Of a DNA stretch of 64,000 bases, positions 30,116-38,864 are shown piece by piece. The position numbers were made by a program, and so were the translations under genes. Under the pieces are notes generated by a model. The model was not told the DNA's origin and searched no databases. It saw only the letters and a list, made by a program, of their open reading frames with translations. This DNA comes from an uncultured Acidobacteriota bacterium (GTDB lineage Bacteria > Acidobacteriota > UBA6911). Each line of letters begins with the position of its first letter. The first letter of the stretch is position 1. Location of the stretch: NCBI GenBank assembly GCA_963809485.1, contig CAWEJX010000001.1:480001-544000 (forward strand). Direction: 5' to 3'.

Positions 30116-30330
30116 GATTTACGATTTACGATTTACGATTGACGAATTAAAACATACCACGAGGACGGCCATTCTACAGGAATGGATCGACGCTCTGAAT
30201 GGATTAGGGATTGGCGGAAATAGACTCACGGTTCCGTTCCGCCCATGGAAATGAGGCACCCGGCTGATTTTGAAGACCGACCGGAAAATTCTGTTTCAAA
30301 TCGTAAATCGAAAATCGTCAATCGTAAATT
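30116..30330. repeat. Inverted heptamer-array element A, (GATTTAC)n ... (AAATCGT)n, no cargo gene
   Basis: Left arm 30116-30148 GATTTAC x3 GATTGAC GAATT. Right arm 30298-30330 AAATCGT AAATCGA AAATCGT CAATCGT AAATT. About 149-bp spacer. Confidence 0.85.
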
Positions 30331-30363
30331 TCCAGGGCTTCTGCTATCATCATTAGTTTTGAT

Positions 30364-30378
30364 TGAAATCAGCTTTCA
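30364..30378. promoter_or_regulatory. Possible Fur-like iron-regulator box
   Basis: TGAAATC-A-GCTTTCA, a 7-1-7 imperfect palindrome 18 bp upstream of feoB. Confidence 0.4.
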
Positions 30379-30396
30379 GGAAGGCTCAATTCAGGC

Positions 30397-32661
30397 ATGG
30401 CGGCGGCAATCCGTTCCGATTCGATAAAAGTGATTCTGGTGGGGAATCCCAATGTAGGCAAGTCTGTTATTTTCAGAATGTTGACGGGCAATTACGTGCT
30501 GGTTTCCAATTTTCCCGGAACAACCGTGGAGGTATCCCGGGGCAGGATGCAGATCGGGGGAAAAAGCTATCAGATCATAGACACGCCCGGCGTGAACAGC
30601 CTTCTTCCGCAGTCGGAGGATGAACGGGTCGCATGCGAGATTCTGCTGCGCGAAAAACCGGACGTGATTGTTCAGGTCGCTGATGCCAAAAACCTGCGCC
30701 GCACGCTGCTGATCACTTCGCAGCTTGTGGAGTTTGGAATCCCGCTGGTTCTCGTCCTGAACATGATCGATGAAGCCGAGGAACGGGGTATCGAGATCGA
30801 TTCCGAAGGTTTGTCAAAGCTGTTTTCCGTACCTGTAGTGGAAACGGTAGCGATTTATTCCAGGGGAAGGAAGCAGCTGCTGAATGCGATACAGACCGCA
30901 GAAAGGCCCTGCAATCCGCTTCGCGACCTGCATGCCGGCGAAAAGAGCGGCCTCTCGCTGGACAGCCTGGCTGCACCTGCCCTGCTTTCGGTTGAGTGGA
31001 TGGCGGAAGCGGACCGGGAGCTTGTACGAACAATCGCTGAATCCATAGGCCCTGAAGCATTCACCCGGCTGCAGGAATGGCAAACGGCTTTTCGTGCCGC
31101 AGCCCATACCAGCCCGGCACGGGAGATCGAGGAAGCCAGAAACAGGTTGCTCGACCAGCTGGTGCCCTCGTTCAAAAAAAGGAGGCAAATCCGCTTCCTG
31201 GAAAAAAACGGGAGCCTTCAGCGCTTCTGGATGAGCCTGCTGGTTTTCGGGCTGTTCCTCTTCGCCTGGAATGAACTCGGGGGCCTTCTGCACATCCCGA
31301 CGCCTTATACTGCCATACTTCAGATGGCCGGGAACCGCCTGGATGCATCCATAAGCGCGAGCTATCCGCGGGATAGCCTGATTCGCAGCTTCCTGCTGGA
31401 GAAAAATCCGCAGGGACGGCTCGAATACGGGCTCATTCCTGCAGCAATCCACTTCCTGCTTTTCATCGCTCCCATTCTCGTGCCCCTGGGCGTACTGCTT
31501 ATTAGAAGCCGGAGTTTTGCCCACGAACTGGGAATCCTGACGCGGCGCGCATCAACCGGAATTCCGATACTCCTGGTCGTGCTCCTGCTGCTCTATGAAT
31601 TCGTCGGCTACACCGGCGCGCAGATTTTCGTCGGCCTCCTGGAAGATGTGCTGTTCGGCCGGTATCTTATCCCATATTTGCAGACGCTGCTTTCCCCGGG
31701 ATTTTTCTCGCAGCTGATCGCGGGCAGATATGGCCTTGTATCCATGGGATTGACTTACGCCCTGGGAATCGTCCTGCCGGTCGTGGGAGCTTTTTTTATA
31801 GCATTCGGACTGCTCGAGGACAGCGGTTACCTGCCGAGGCTTTCCATTCTTTCGGACCGGCTGATGAGGATTATGGGACTGAACGGAAAGGCTGTCCTGC
31901 CGATGGTTCTGGGTTTCGGATGCGGCACGATGGCCACGATGTCCACACGAATCCTCAACTCCAAACGGGAAAGGCTCATCGCCATACTGCTTCTCGCTCT
32001 GGGGATCCCCTGTTCTGCTCAGCTGGGCGTGCTTCTGGGAATCGCCTCCGGCATATCGCGGAAAGCGACGCTCATAGTCCTTGGAGTAGTGGCTTCTCAA
32101 CTTTTGCTCGTCGGCTACCTCGCATCGAGGATCATCCCCGGCAAACCCGGCGAATTCATTTTCGAGATCCCGCCTATCCGGGTGCCGCAATTCAAAAATG
32201 TCTTGCTTAAAACCTGGTACCGGATCCAATGGTACCTGAAAGAAGCCGTGCCCTTATTCCTGATTGGAACGCTTGTCCTTTTCCTGTTGGACACCGTTCA
32301 CTTCATGGAAAAGAGCCTGCTTATGTGGATACAGGCGGCGATGGAACCAGTCCTGAGCGGTCTGCTGCACCTTCCCTCTCAAGCCGCCGGGATATTTCTT
32401 CTGGGATTCCTGCGGCGCGATTACGGAGCCGCAGGGCTCTACGACCTTGCCAGAGAGGGAATGCTGAACGGGCAGCAGATCGTGGTCAGCATGATCGTGC
32501 TTACGCTTTTCGTGCCCTGCCTGGCCAGTTTCCTCATGATCATCAAGGAGCAGGGATTGAAACGGGCGCTCGCAATTACGGGATTTATTGTCCCGTTTTC
32601 AATTATGGTGGGCGCCGTTGTCGGCTGGATTTTGAGAGCGTTTAACATACAGTTTAACTAG
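30397..32661 (+). CDS. feoB: Ferrous iron transporter B
   Basis: GNPNVGKS, NFPGTTVE, DTPG, NMIDE, LEDSGYLPR, GFGC and PCSAQ. Confidence 0.93.
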   Translation: MAAAIRSDSIKVILVGNPNVGKSVIFRMLTGNYVLVSNFPGTTVEVSRGRMQIGGKSYQIIDTPGVNSLLPQSEDERVACEILLREKPDVIVQVADAKNLRRTLLITSQLVEFGIPLVLVLNMIDEAEERGIEIDSEGLSKLFSVPVVETVAIYSRGRKQLLNAIQTAERPCNPLRDLHAGEKSGLSLDSLAAPALLSVEWMAEADRELVRTIAESIGPEAFTRLQEWQTAFRAAAHTSPAREIEEARNRLLDQLVPSFKKRRQIRFLEKNGSLQRFWMSLLVFGLFLFAWNELGGLLHIPTPYTAILQMAGNRLDASISASYPRDSLIRSFLLEKNPQGRLEYGLIPAAIHFLLFIAPILVPLGVLLIRSRSFAHELGILTRRASTGIPILLVVLLLLYEFVGYTGAQIFVGLLEDVLFGRYLIPYLQTLLSPGFFSQLIAGRYGLVSMGLTYALGIVLPVVGAFFIAFGLLEDSGYLPRLSILSDRLMRIMGLNGKAVLPMVLGFGCGTMATMSTRILNSKRERLIAILLLALGIPCSAQLGVLLGIASGISRKATLIVLGVVASQLLLVGYLASRIIPGKPGEFIFEIPPIRVPQFKNVLLKTWYRIQWYLKEAVPLFLIGTLVLFLLDTVHFMEKSLLMWIQAAMEPVLSGLLHLPSQAAGIFLLGFLRRDYGAAGLYDLAREGMLNGQQIVVSMIVLTLFVPCLASFLMIIKEQGLKRALAITGFIVPFSIMVGAVVGWILRAFNIQFN

Positions 32662-32681
32662 TCCGCATCATGGGATCGGCC

Positions 32682-33350
32682 ATGGAAAACATAATATCAG
32701 AGGAAATTGCGGAAGTGCTCGAAACCGTCTGGACCCTGCAGGAACAGGGAACGGCCACCGTGGATCAAGTGGTCCGGAATACAGCAAAGCCGGTGTCCGG
32801 GGAACTCCTCCAGACACTTGCGGCCGGAGGGCTCCTTGCCATCGACGTTTCCGGGCGTGTCCGGTTGCTGCCTGAAGCCCGTCACCAGGCGGAACGGATC
32901 ATCCGCCGCCACCGCCTTGCGGAAAGGCTGATCTGCGATGTGCTTGGTTCGCATGTTGACGACAGCGAGGCTGCGGCTTGCGAATACGAGCATCTGCTGG
33001 CCGAAGGGATCACGAACTCGATCTGCACCCTGCTTGGGCACCCGCGTTACTGTCCTCACAATAAGCCTATACCTGAAGGAGACTGCTGCCGGCAGGCCAG
33101 GGACGAGTTGAAGCCGCTCGTGGTTCCCTGTAACCAGTTGCGTGTCGGCGAATCTGCGCGTGTGGCATATTTCTCGGCGCGCGATCATTCCCGGCTTCTG
33201 AAGCTCTCAGCCCTGGGCATCACACCGGGCGTGGCGCTGAAGCTCATTCAGAAGTGGCCTGCCTGTGTCGTGCAGTGCGAGGAAACCGAGATCGCTCTGG
33301 AGCCGGAGGTGGCACAGAATATCTACGTCTGGCAGACCCCTAAAGAATGA
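32682..33350 (+). CDS. DtxR/MntR-family metal-dependent regulator with C-terminal FeoA domain
   Basis: IRRHRLAERL, ACEYEH, LGHPRYCPHNKPIP and KLSALGITPG. Confidence 0.88.
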   Translation: MENIISEEIAEVLETVWTLQEQGTATVDQVVRNTAKPVSGELLQTLAAGGLLAIDVSGRVRLLPEARHQAERIIRRHRLAERLICDVLGSHVDDSEAAACEYEHLLAEGITNSICTLLGHPRYCPHNKPIPEGDCCRQARDELKPLVVPCNQLRVGESARVAYFSARDHSRLLKLSALGITPGVALKLIQKWPACVVQCEETEIALEPEVAQNIYVWQTPKE

Positions 33351-33377
33351 TTCGGGATTCGAAACTCAAATCCCGGA

Positions 33378-35738
33378 TCACAGGTCGATCTTTCGCAGCC
33401 TGAGAGCATTGCTGATTACGGAAACAGAACTGAAGGTCATAGCAGCGCTTGCAATCATCGGATTCAGCAGCAATCCCAAAACGGGATAAAGGGCACCGGC
33501 CGCGACAGGCAATCCGAGCGTATTGTACAGGAACGCGAAAAACAGATTCTGACGTATGTTTTTCATCACATTACGGCTAAGTTTCCGTGCGCGCACAACG
33601 CCGCGCAGGTCGCCTTTCAGGAGGGTGATGCCGGCGCTCTGAATCGCCACGTCCGTCCCTGTCCCCATCGCAATTCCCACATGGGCACGGGCCAGCGCAG
33701 GCGCATCGTTGATGCCGTCCCCTGCCATGGCGACGAACCTGCCCTGAGACTGCAGCTGCCCGATAATTTCCTCCTTCCGGCCCGGAGACACTTCGGCTTC
33801 GACTGCGTCGATTTTCAGCTGCCGGGCAACGTTTTCCGCCGCGGCTATGCTGTCCCCGGTCAGCATAACCAGGCGGACGCCCTGTCTGTGCAATTCTTCG
33901 ACAGCCTCTGCTGCAGACGGCTTGATTGGATCCGAAACGCCCAGAAGCCCGGCGGGGGCGTCGTCAATCCAGACAAACATGACGGCCTGGCCATTCTTTT
34001 CCAGGTCTTCCGCTTCCCCGGAAAGCCCTGCGGCGCTCGCGCCAAATTCCTCCAGCATCGCCCTGTTGCCGATTGCCATTCTGTGTCCGTCCACGACGCC
34101 TTTGATGCCCTTTCCGGCAAAAGAACGGAATTCGCCCGTTTTGGAGAGGGTCAGCCCCCGGTCTGCAGCCGCGGACAAAATCGCTGCCGCAAGGGCATGC
34201 TCGCTTCCCTGTTCAAGGCTGGCCGAGAGGCGCAGCAGTTCAGATTCCGTCCATCCTGCCGATGCCTCAATGGAAATCAGCCTGGGCTTTCCCTCGGTAA
34301 GCGTGCCTGTCTTATCGAAAACCAGGGTATCGATCTTCTCCAGCAGCTCGAGAGCTTCCGCATTTTTAATCAGCACGCCAGCTCTTGCGCCCCTTCCCGT
34401 TCCCACCATTATGGACATGGGCGTAGCCAGTCCGAGGGCGCAGGGGCATGCGATGATTAGTACGGCCACTGCGCTGACCAGACCATAAACCCAGCGGGGT
34501 TCCGGTCCAATCCATCCCCAGATAAGGAATGTCGCCACAGACACTAAAACGACTGCCGGGACAAACCAGGAGGATACCTTGTCGGCCAGTCTCTGGATAG
34601 GCGCGCGGCTGCGTTGTGCTTCATGAACCATCTGGACAATATGGGCGAGCAGCGTATCGTTCCCCACCTTTTCGGCCACCATGATAAAGCTTCCGTTGCC
34701 GTTGACGGTTCCACCCGTCACTTTGCTTCCCCTAAGTTTTTCCACGGGAATCGGCTCGCCGGTGACCATGGATTCGTCAACGAAGCTGTCTCCATCGATG
34801 ATCTTTCCATCCACGGGCACCTTTTCACCAGGACGAACGCGCAATTGGTCTCCGGGTTTTACCTGGTCGAGAGGGACGTCCCGTTCGGATCCCCTGCCGT
34901 CAACAATCCGTGCTGTCTTCGGAGCGAGCCCCAGCAATGCCCGAATGGCGCTGCCGGTCCTGCTCCGGGCGCGAAGCTCGAGGACCTGTCCCAAGAGTAC
35001 AAGAGTCGTGATAACCGCCGCGGCCTCGAAATAGACCTCCGGTTTGCCGTGGTGACCGCGAAACGATTCCGGCAGCAGTTCCGGCAGCAGCGTGACAAAT
35101 ACGCTGTAGACATAGGCAGTGCCGGTACCCAGCGCGATGAGAGTAAACATGTTCAGGCTGTGGTTCACTAACGACCTCCAGCCCCTTTGGAAAAAGGGCC
35201 ATCCGCCCCATAGCACAACCGGGGTTGCCAGAACAAACTGGAGCCACACTCCTCCTTGAAGTTTGGCCTTGAGGAGCATCTCACCCATGGCAAGCAACAG
35301 AAGCGGGGCAGTCAGAATGAGACTAATCCGGAACCTGTTTTTCATGGCAATCAGATCCGGGTTTTCCTCATCTTCAAGGCCGACCCTTTGGGGCTCAAGC
35401 GCCATGCCGCATTTTGGACAGGAGCCCGGTGTGCTTTGCCGGACCTCCGGATCCATGGGGCAAACATAGAGTCTGCCCGCCTCCGGCCTTTCAGCTTGCG
35501 GAGACATTTCTTCCTTCGAGGGCTGGTCAGGTGACAGAAATTTTTCGGGATCCGAACGGAACTTCTCGAGGCACGATGGATTGCAGAAGTAGTAGGTCTG
35601 TCCCCGGTATTCCATTTTGCCGGCCGCTCTTTCGGGAGCGAACTGCATGCCGCAGACCGGATCCATAGCTACTGGAATCCTGTTTTCAGGTGATTTTGGA
35701 GCTGTAAGAACCGGCAGCTGAAATTTATCCTCGCCCAT
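33378..35738 (-). CDS. copA: Copper-translocating P1B-type ATPase with YHS and heavy-metal-binding domains
   Basis: DPVCGM...YYFC (YHS), [41 protein letters not shown] and M..SS. Confidence 0.92.
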   Translation of the reverse strand: MGEDKFQLPVLTAPKSPENRIPVAMDPVCGMQFAPERAAGKMEYRGQTYYFCNPSCLEKFRSDPEKFLSPDQPSKEEMSPQAERPEAGRLYVCPMDPEVRQSTPGSCPKCGMALEPQRVGLEDEENPDLIAMKNRFRISLILTAPLLLLAMGEMLLKAKLQGGVWLQFVLATPVVLWGGWPFFQRGWRSLVNHSLNMFTLIALGTGTAYVYSVFVTLLPELLPESFRGHHGKPEVYFEAAAVITTLVLLGQVLELRARSRTGSAIRALLGLAPKTARIVDGRGSERDVPLDQVKPGDQLRVRPGEKVPVDGKIIDGDSFVDESMVTGEPIPVEKLRGSKVTGGTVNGNGSFIMVAEKVGNDTLLAHIVQMVHEAQRSRAPIQRLADKVSSWFVPAVVLVSVATFLIWGWIGPEPRWVYGLVSAVAVLIIACPCALGLATPMSIMVGTGRGARAGVLIKNAEALELLEKIDTLVFDKTGTLTEGKPRLISIEASAGWTESELLRLSASLEQGSEHALAAAILSAAADRGLTLSKTGEFRSFAGKGIKGVVDGHRMAIGNRAMLEEFGASAAGLSGEAEDLEKNGQAVMFVWIDDAPAGLLGVSDPIKPSAAEAVEELHRQGVRLVMLTGDSIAAAENVARQLKIDAVEAEVSPGRKEEIIGQLQSQGRFVAMAGDGINDAPALARAHVGIAMGTGTDVAIQSAGITLLKGDLRGVVRARKLSRNVMKNIRQNLFFAFLYNTLGLPVAAGALYPVLGLLLNPMIASAAMTFSSVSVISNALRLRKIDL

Positions 35739-35810
35739 ATGGTGCCCCCCTGAAACAGATTATAGCAATCTTCGAATCTTGGGGAATTAGAGGCCAGTGG
35801 ATTCAGCTGA

Positions 35811-36983
35811 TTAAGGCGTATGGCCGGAGGCGTAAGTGCGGCGCAGGAAATCGGCATTTTTGCCATTGGCAGCGATTTCCTGGCAAATCGTCTTCCATTC
35901 CGATGCCGGTATGGTCAGGAACTTCTTAACAATCGATGGATCGAGTTGCGCCCCCGACATTTTTTCAATTTCCCGCCCGGCACCTTCAATGCTTAGGGCA
36001 GCCCTGGATGGACGATTGGATGTGAGGTCTTCGAAAGCGTCTGCCACGGCAAAAATCCGTGCACCCATGTTGATCGCTTCTCCCTTCAAACCACGGGGAT
36101 ACCCTGTTCCGTCATAGAGCTCATGATGATGCAGCACCAGTTGTGCGGCTCCCTTCAGGAACCCGATACTGCTCAGGATTCGGTAGCCGACTTCGGGGTG
36201 CCTGTTCATCAGGCGACGCTCCCTTTCGGTCAGCGGCCCGGGCCGACGCAGCAACGAATCGGGTATGCCGATTTTCCCAATATCGTGCAGCAGTACGCCT
36301 TTTTCTATAATCCTGATTTCCGGTTCGCTTAGGCCCATTTGCAGGGCCAGGCGCGCCGTTAAAGCCGTCACACGCAGCGAATATCCATCCGGGTCGGCAT
36401 CCCGGCTGTCCAGCGCCTTGCTCAGGGCGACAAGCGTTGAATGGTAGGTCTGTTCCAGCACTCCCAAGGCATCTCTGAGTTGGTGGGTGCGATGGGCGAC
36501 CTGCTCCTCCAAAGTTCGCTGATAGAGCTGGTTCTCAAGCAGCAACCTGCGTTTCTCGAGCGCGCGGGAAATGCGTATGGACATTTCGTCCAGGCTGAAC
36601 GGTTTGGTAATGTAGTCGTACGCACCCTCTTTCAGGGAACTGACGGCTACTTCAATATCCATGACGGATGTGAGCAGAACCACGGCGGTATCGGGGCAAG
36701 TTCGCATCGCCTCCTCTAAGAGCGCGCTGCCGCCTTTCGCCGCCGTCAGAAGACCTGTCAATACCAGGTCAAATTTTTGGCCGGATAGAAGCGCAAGCGC
36801 CGCCTTTGTATCGGCGCAGCATTGGCATAGATACCCCTGGCTGATGAGCTTGCGGGCCAGGATATCCCGGACAATCCCATCCTCGTCCGCAATGAGTATT
36901 CGCACCTCGGACGCGGGAGCGCCTGCAGCGGTGCTCAGCTGCCGCCCGGAGACATTGCTCGAATCCGACATGGAAACAGACAT
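35811..36983 (-). CDS. Receiver + HD-GYP domain protein (both domains degenerate)
   Basis: REC fold (ILIADED...GAYDYITKPF), HDIGKIG and HHELYDGTGYP. Confidence 0.85.
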   Translation of the reverse strand: MSVSMSDSSNVSGRQLSTAAGAPASEVRILIADEDGIVRDILARKLISQGYLCQCCADTKAALALLSGQKFDLVLTGLLTAAKGGSALLEEAMRTCPDTAVVLLTSVMDIEVAVSSLKEGAYDYITKPFSLDEMSIRISRALEKRRLLLENQLYQRTLEEQVAHRTHQLRDALGVLEQTYHSTLVALSKALDSRDADPDGYSLRVTALTARLALQMGLSEPEIRIIEKGVLLHDIGKIGIPDSLLRRPGPLTERERRLMNRHPEVGYRILSSIGFLKGAAQLVLHHHELYDGTGYPRGLKGEAINMGARIFAVADAFEDLTSNRPSRAALSIEGAGREIEKMSGAQLDPSIVKKFLTIPASEWKTICQEIAANGKNADFLRRTYASGHTP

Positions 36984-37088
36984 GAAATGTATCCGCCGCT
37001 GTGATCCGTTTCAGCACTGTGGATGAATTGGGACGTCCACGGTCCCAGCAATCCTTATCGACAGCAGGAGTCGATAACTTTCAGAAAT

Positions 37089-37104
37089 TGTGACAGGCCT
37101 CACA
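37089..37104. promoter_or_regulatory. CRP-family consensus site TGTGA-N6-TCACA
   Basis: TGTGA CAGGCC TCACA, an exact core match in the divergent intergenic region. Confidence 0.5.
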
Positions 37105-37630
37105 TAGTGGTTAGTGGTTAGCTTTTAGGGATTAGGGATTAGAAAAAGTGGATCAAAGAGAAGGATGATCATTAGGATAGTATGGAGCCCCAATATGTCA
37201 GCGGCAAACTATAGCGACCTCATTGCATGGCAAAAGGCATTCAGGTTGGCATTGGCACTCTATAAGTCAAAGGCAGACTTTCCTACAGAGGAAAAATATG
37301 GGATTACGTCACAGATAAGAAGGGCTTGTATTTCGGTACCATCCAATATTGCCGAAGGGCATGGGCGCAGTTCAAAGGGCGATTTCTATCATCATCTGTC
37401 CATCGCTCAAGGATCGCTGAAAGAGATTGAGACCCAACTTCTAATCGCCAATGCACTGGGCTATTGTGGTACAAAACAGACTTCTCTGCTCATGACGATG
37501 ACGGCAGAAGTAGGCCGTCTGATCAGTGGCCTACGCAAATCACTAAAACCCCATTAACCTATTCTCTCCCAATTCATCACTCCTAATCCCTAATCCCTAA
37601 ACCGCTAACCACTAACCGCTAACCGCTAAC
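37105..37630. mobile_element. Heptamer-arm cassette B enclosing a four-helix-bundle gene (putative mobile or excisable unit)
   Basis: Left arm 37105-37142 TAGTGGT TAGTGGT TAGCTTT TAGGGAT TAGGGAT TAG. Right arm 37582-37630 is an inverted mirror of CTAATCC and CTAACCG/A units. Confidence 0.55.
37195..37557 (+). CDS. Four-helix-bundle protein (23S rRNA intervening-sequence protein / Avd-like family)
   Basis: YSDLIAWQKA...FPTEEKYGITSQIRRACISVPSNIAEGHGR...LSIAQGSLKEIETQL. GGAG RBS upstream; more AT-rich than its neighbours. Confidence 0.92.
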   Translation: MSAANYSDLIAWQKAFRLALALYKSKADFPTEEKYGITSQIRRACISVPSNIAEGHGRSSKGDFYHHLSIAQGSLKEIETQLLIANALGYCGTKQTSLLMTMTAEVGRLISGLRKSLKPH

Positions 37631-38703
37631 AACTGGTTGAGATGCGCGGCATTGCGGGGGCGCTCGCCGAAACTCCGTTCCCAGACCGCTGCGCTTTCCA
37701 TGCAGAGATAGACGAAAACTTCCGGCGCCTGCTCTCGAATCCAGGATCGCATCCGCCTGTACATCTCCTCCCGTATGGGCCGGAAGTACCGGAGCTTTCC
37801 ATGATGGCCCGGAACGAACTCCCCGTAAGGGATCCTGGATTTCGGGAACCGCTTTCGAACAAGCTCCCGCAGGTGCGGGGTAAAGCGGAGCGCCCCCAGG
37901 CTCACCCAGGCGATTCTGCCCGGATCGACAGCTCGAAAGATATCTCTTACGGCTTCCCTGTAGCCCGTTTCCCATTCCTCATAAAAAATGACAGGATCGA
38001 AATGGAATCCAACTTTGTAGCCCCATTTTTGGCACTGAACCGCCGCAGCCAGACGCGTGTCAAAAGACGGGGCCCCAAGCTCCTCCGTAGAGCAGATGTG
38101 CCTGGAATTCATCGACCATGAGACTACTGTGCGGCCGCGATGGTCCAGATCCTTCAGGTTCCCGATCTGGTCGGACTTGGTTTTAAGTTCGAGAACGGCA
38201 TTGGAGTGTGCTGCGAAAAGCGGCACGATTCGCTGCGAATACCGGGTGATGGAGTCCAAAGCCAGCGAATCGGTGAGTTCCCCGGTCCCGATTCTAAGGC
38301 TGCGCTCCGGCGAACGGTCGAGTGTCGTTCGCACCTCAGTCAGCAAATCCTCGATGTTGGTGCAAACAACCATTGCATTGTTATTCAGATAGCACTGCAG
38401 GACGCAGTAGGTACACTCCATCGGGCAGTTCCATGCATAGCTCACGATCTTATAGTTGCAGCAGATCTCGGCACCGCTCCCCTGGCAGTTTTTTAGGAAA
38501 TTCCCGGCGAATCGCATGAGAATCAGGGTATCTTTAGTATGCCTTTGCAGGTCAGCCGTGCCGTCCGGGTCGGCCGATCGGCTGTCGGCATTTTTAATGG
38601 TGTGTGTCGGGATTCCCTGCAGCCGCTCCAGGATTTCGTGAGTGGCCCGATCCTGCCAGGATTGCTCCTGAACCAGAATTTGTTTGGGAATATAGGGCAT
38701 CAT
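37612..38703 (-). CDS. Spore photoproduct lyase-like radical SAM protein
   Basis: CPMECTYC radical SAM motif, RIGTGELTDSL, LELKTKS, SWSMN, GFHFDP, GKLRYF and VYLCME. Confidence 0.85.
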   Translation of the reverse strand: MMPYIPKQILVQEQSWQDRATHEILERLQGIPTHTIKNADSRSADPDGTADLQRHTKDTLILMRFAGNFLKNCQGSGAEICCNYKIVSYAWNCPMECTYCVLQCYLNNNAMVVCTNIEDLLTEVRTTLDRSPERSLRIGTGELTDSLALDSITRYSQRIVPLFAAHSNAVLELKTKSDQIGNLKDLDHRGRTVVSWSMNSRHICSTEELGAPSFDTRLAAAVQCQKWGYKVGFHFDPVIFYEEWETGYREAVRDIFRAVDPGRIAWVSLGALRFTPHLRELVRKRFPKSRIPYGEFVPGHHGKLRYFRPIREEMYRRMRSWIREQAPEVFVYLCMESAAVWERSFGERPRNAAHLNQLLAVSG

Positions 38704-38709
38704 AGGCTT

Positions 38710-38749
38710 AAAGGATCAAAGGAGCAGAGGATCAAAGGATCATAGGGCT
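38710..38749. repeat. Degenerate 8-bp tandem repeat (AAAGGATC)n
   Basis: AAAGGATC AAAGGAGC AGAGGATC AAAGGATC ATAGGGCT, immediately upstream of the SplB-like start. Confidence 0.65.
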
Positions 38750-38864
38750 CAGATAATTTGTTTATAATATACACCAAGCTTTGCCCTACCCTCTGCCATC
38801 AAGTCTTGTAGTCAGGCGACAATTGCCGGCAGCATCAGCAGCGCCGCACGATCTCACGGGGCAG

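Noticed and set aside
33349-33378. GATTCGG/GATTCGA units between the DtxR-family gene and copA as another heptamer element
   Set aside because: Only two units and a short imperfect stem, adequately explained as a terminator-like hairpin between convergent genes.
37195-37557. Diversity-generating retroelement or rRNA intervening sequence
   Set aside because: An Avd/IVP-like gene is present, but the window has no reverse transcriptase, TR/VR pair or rRNA gene.
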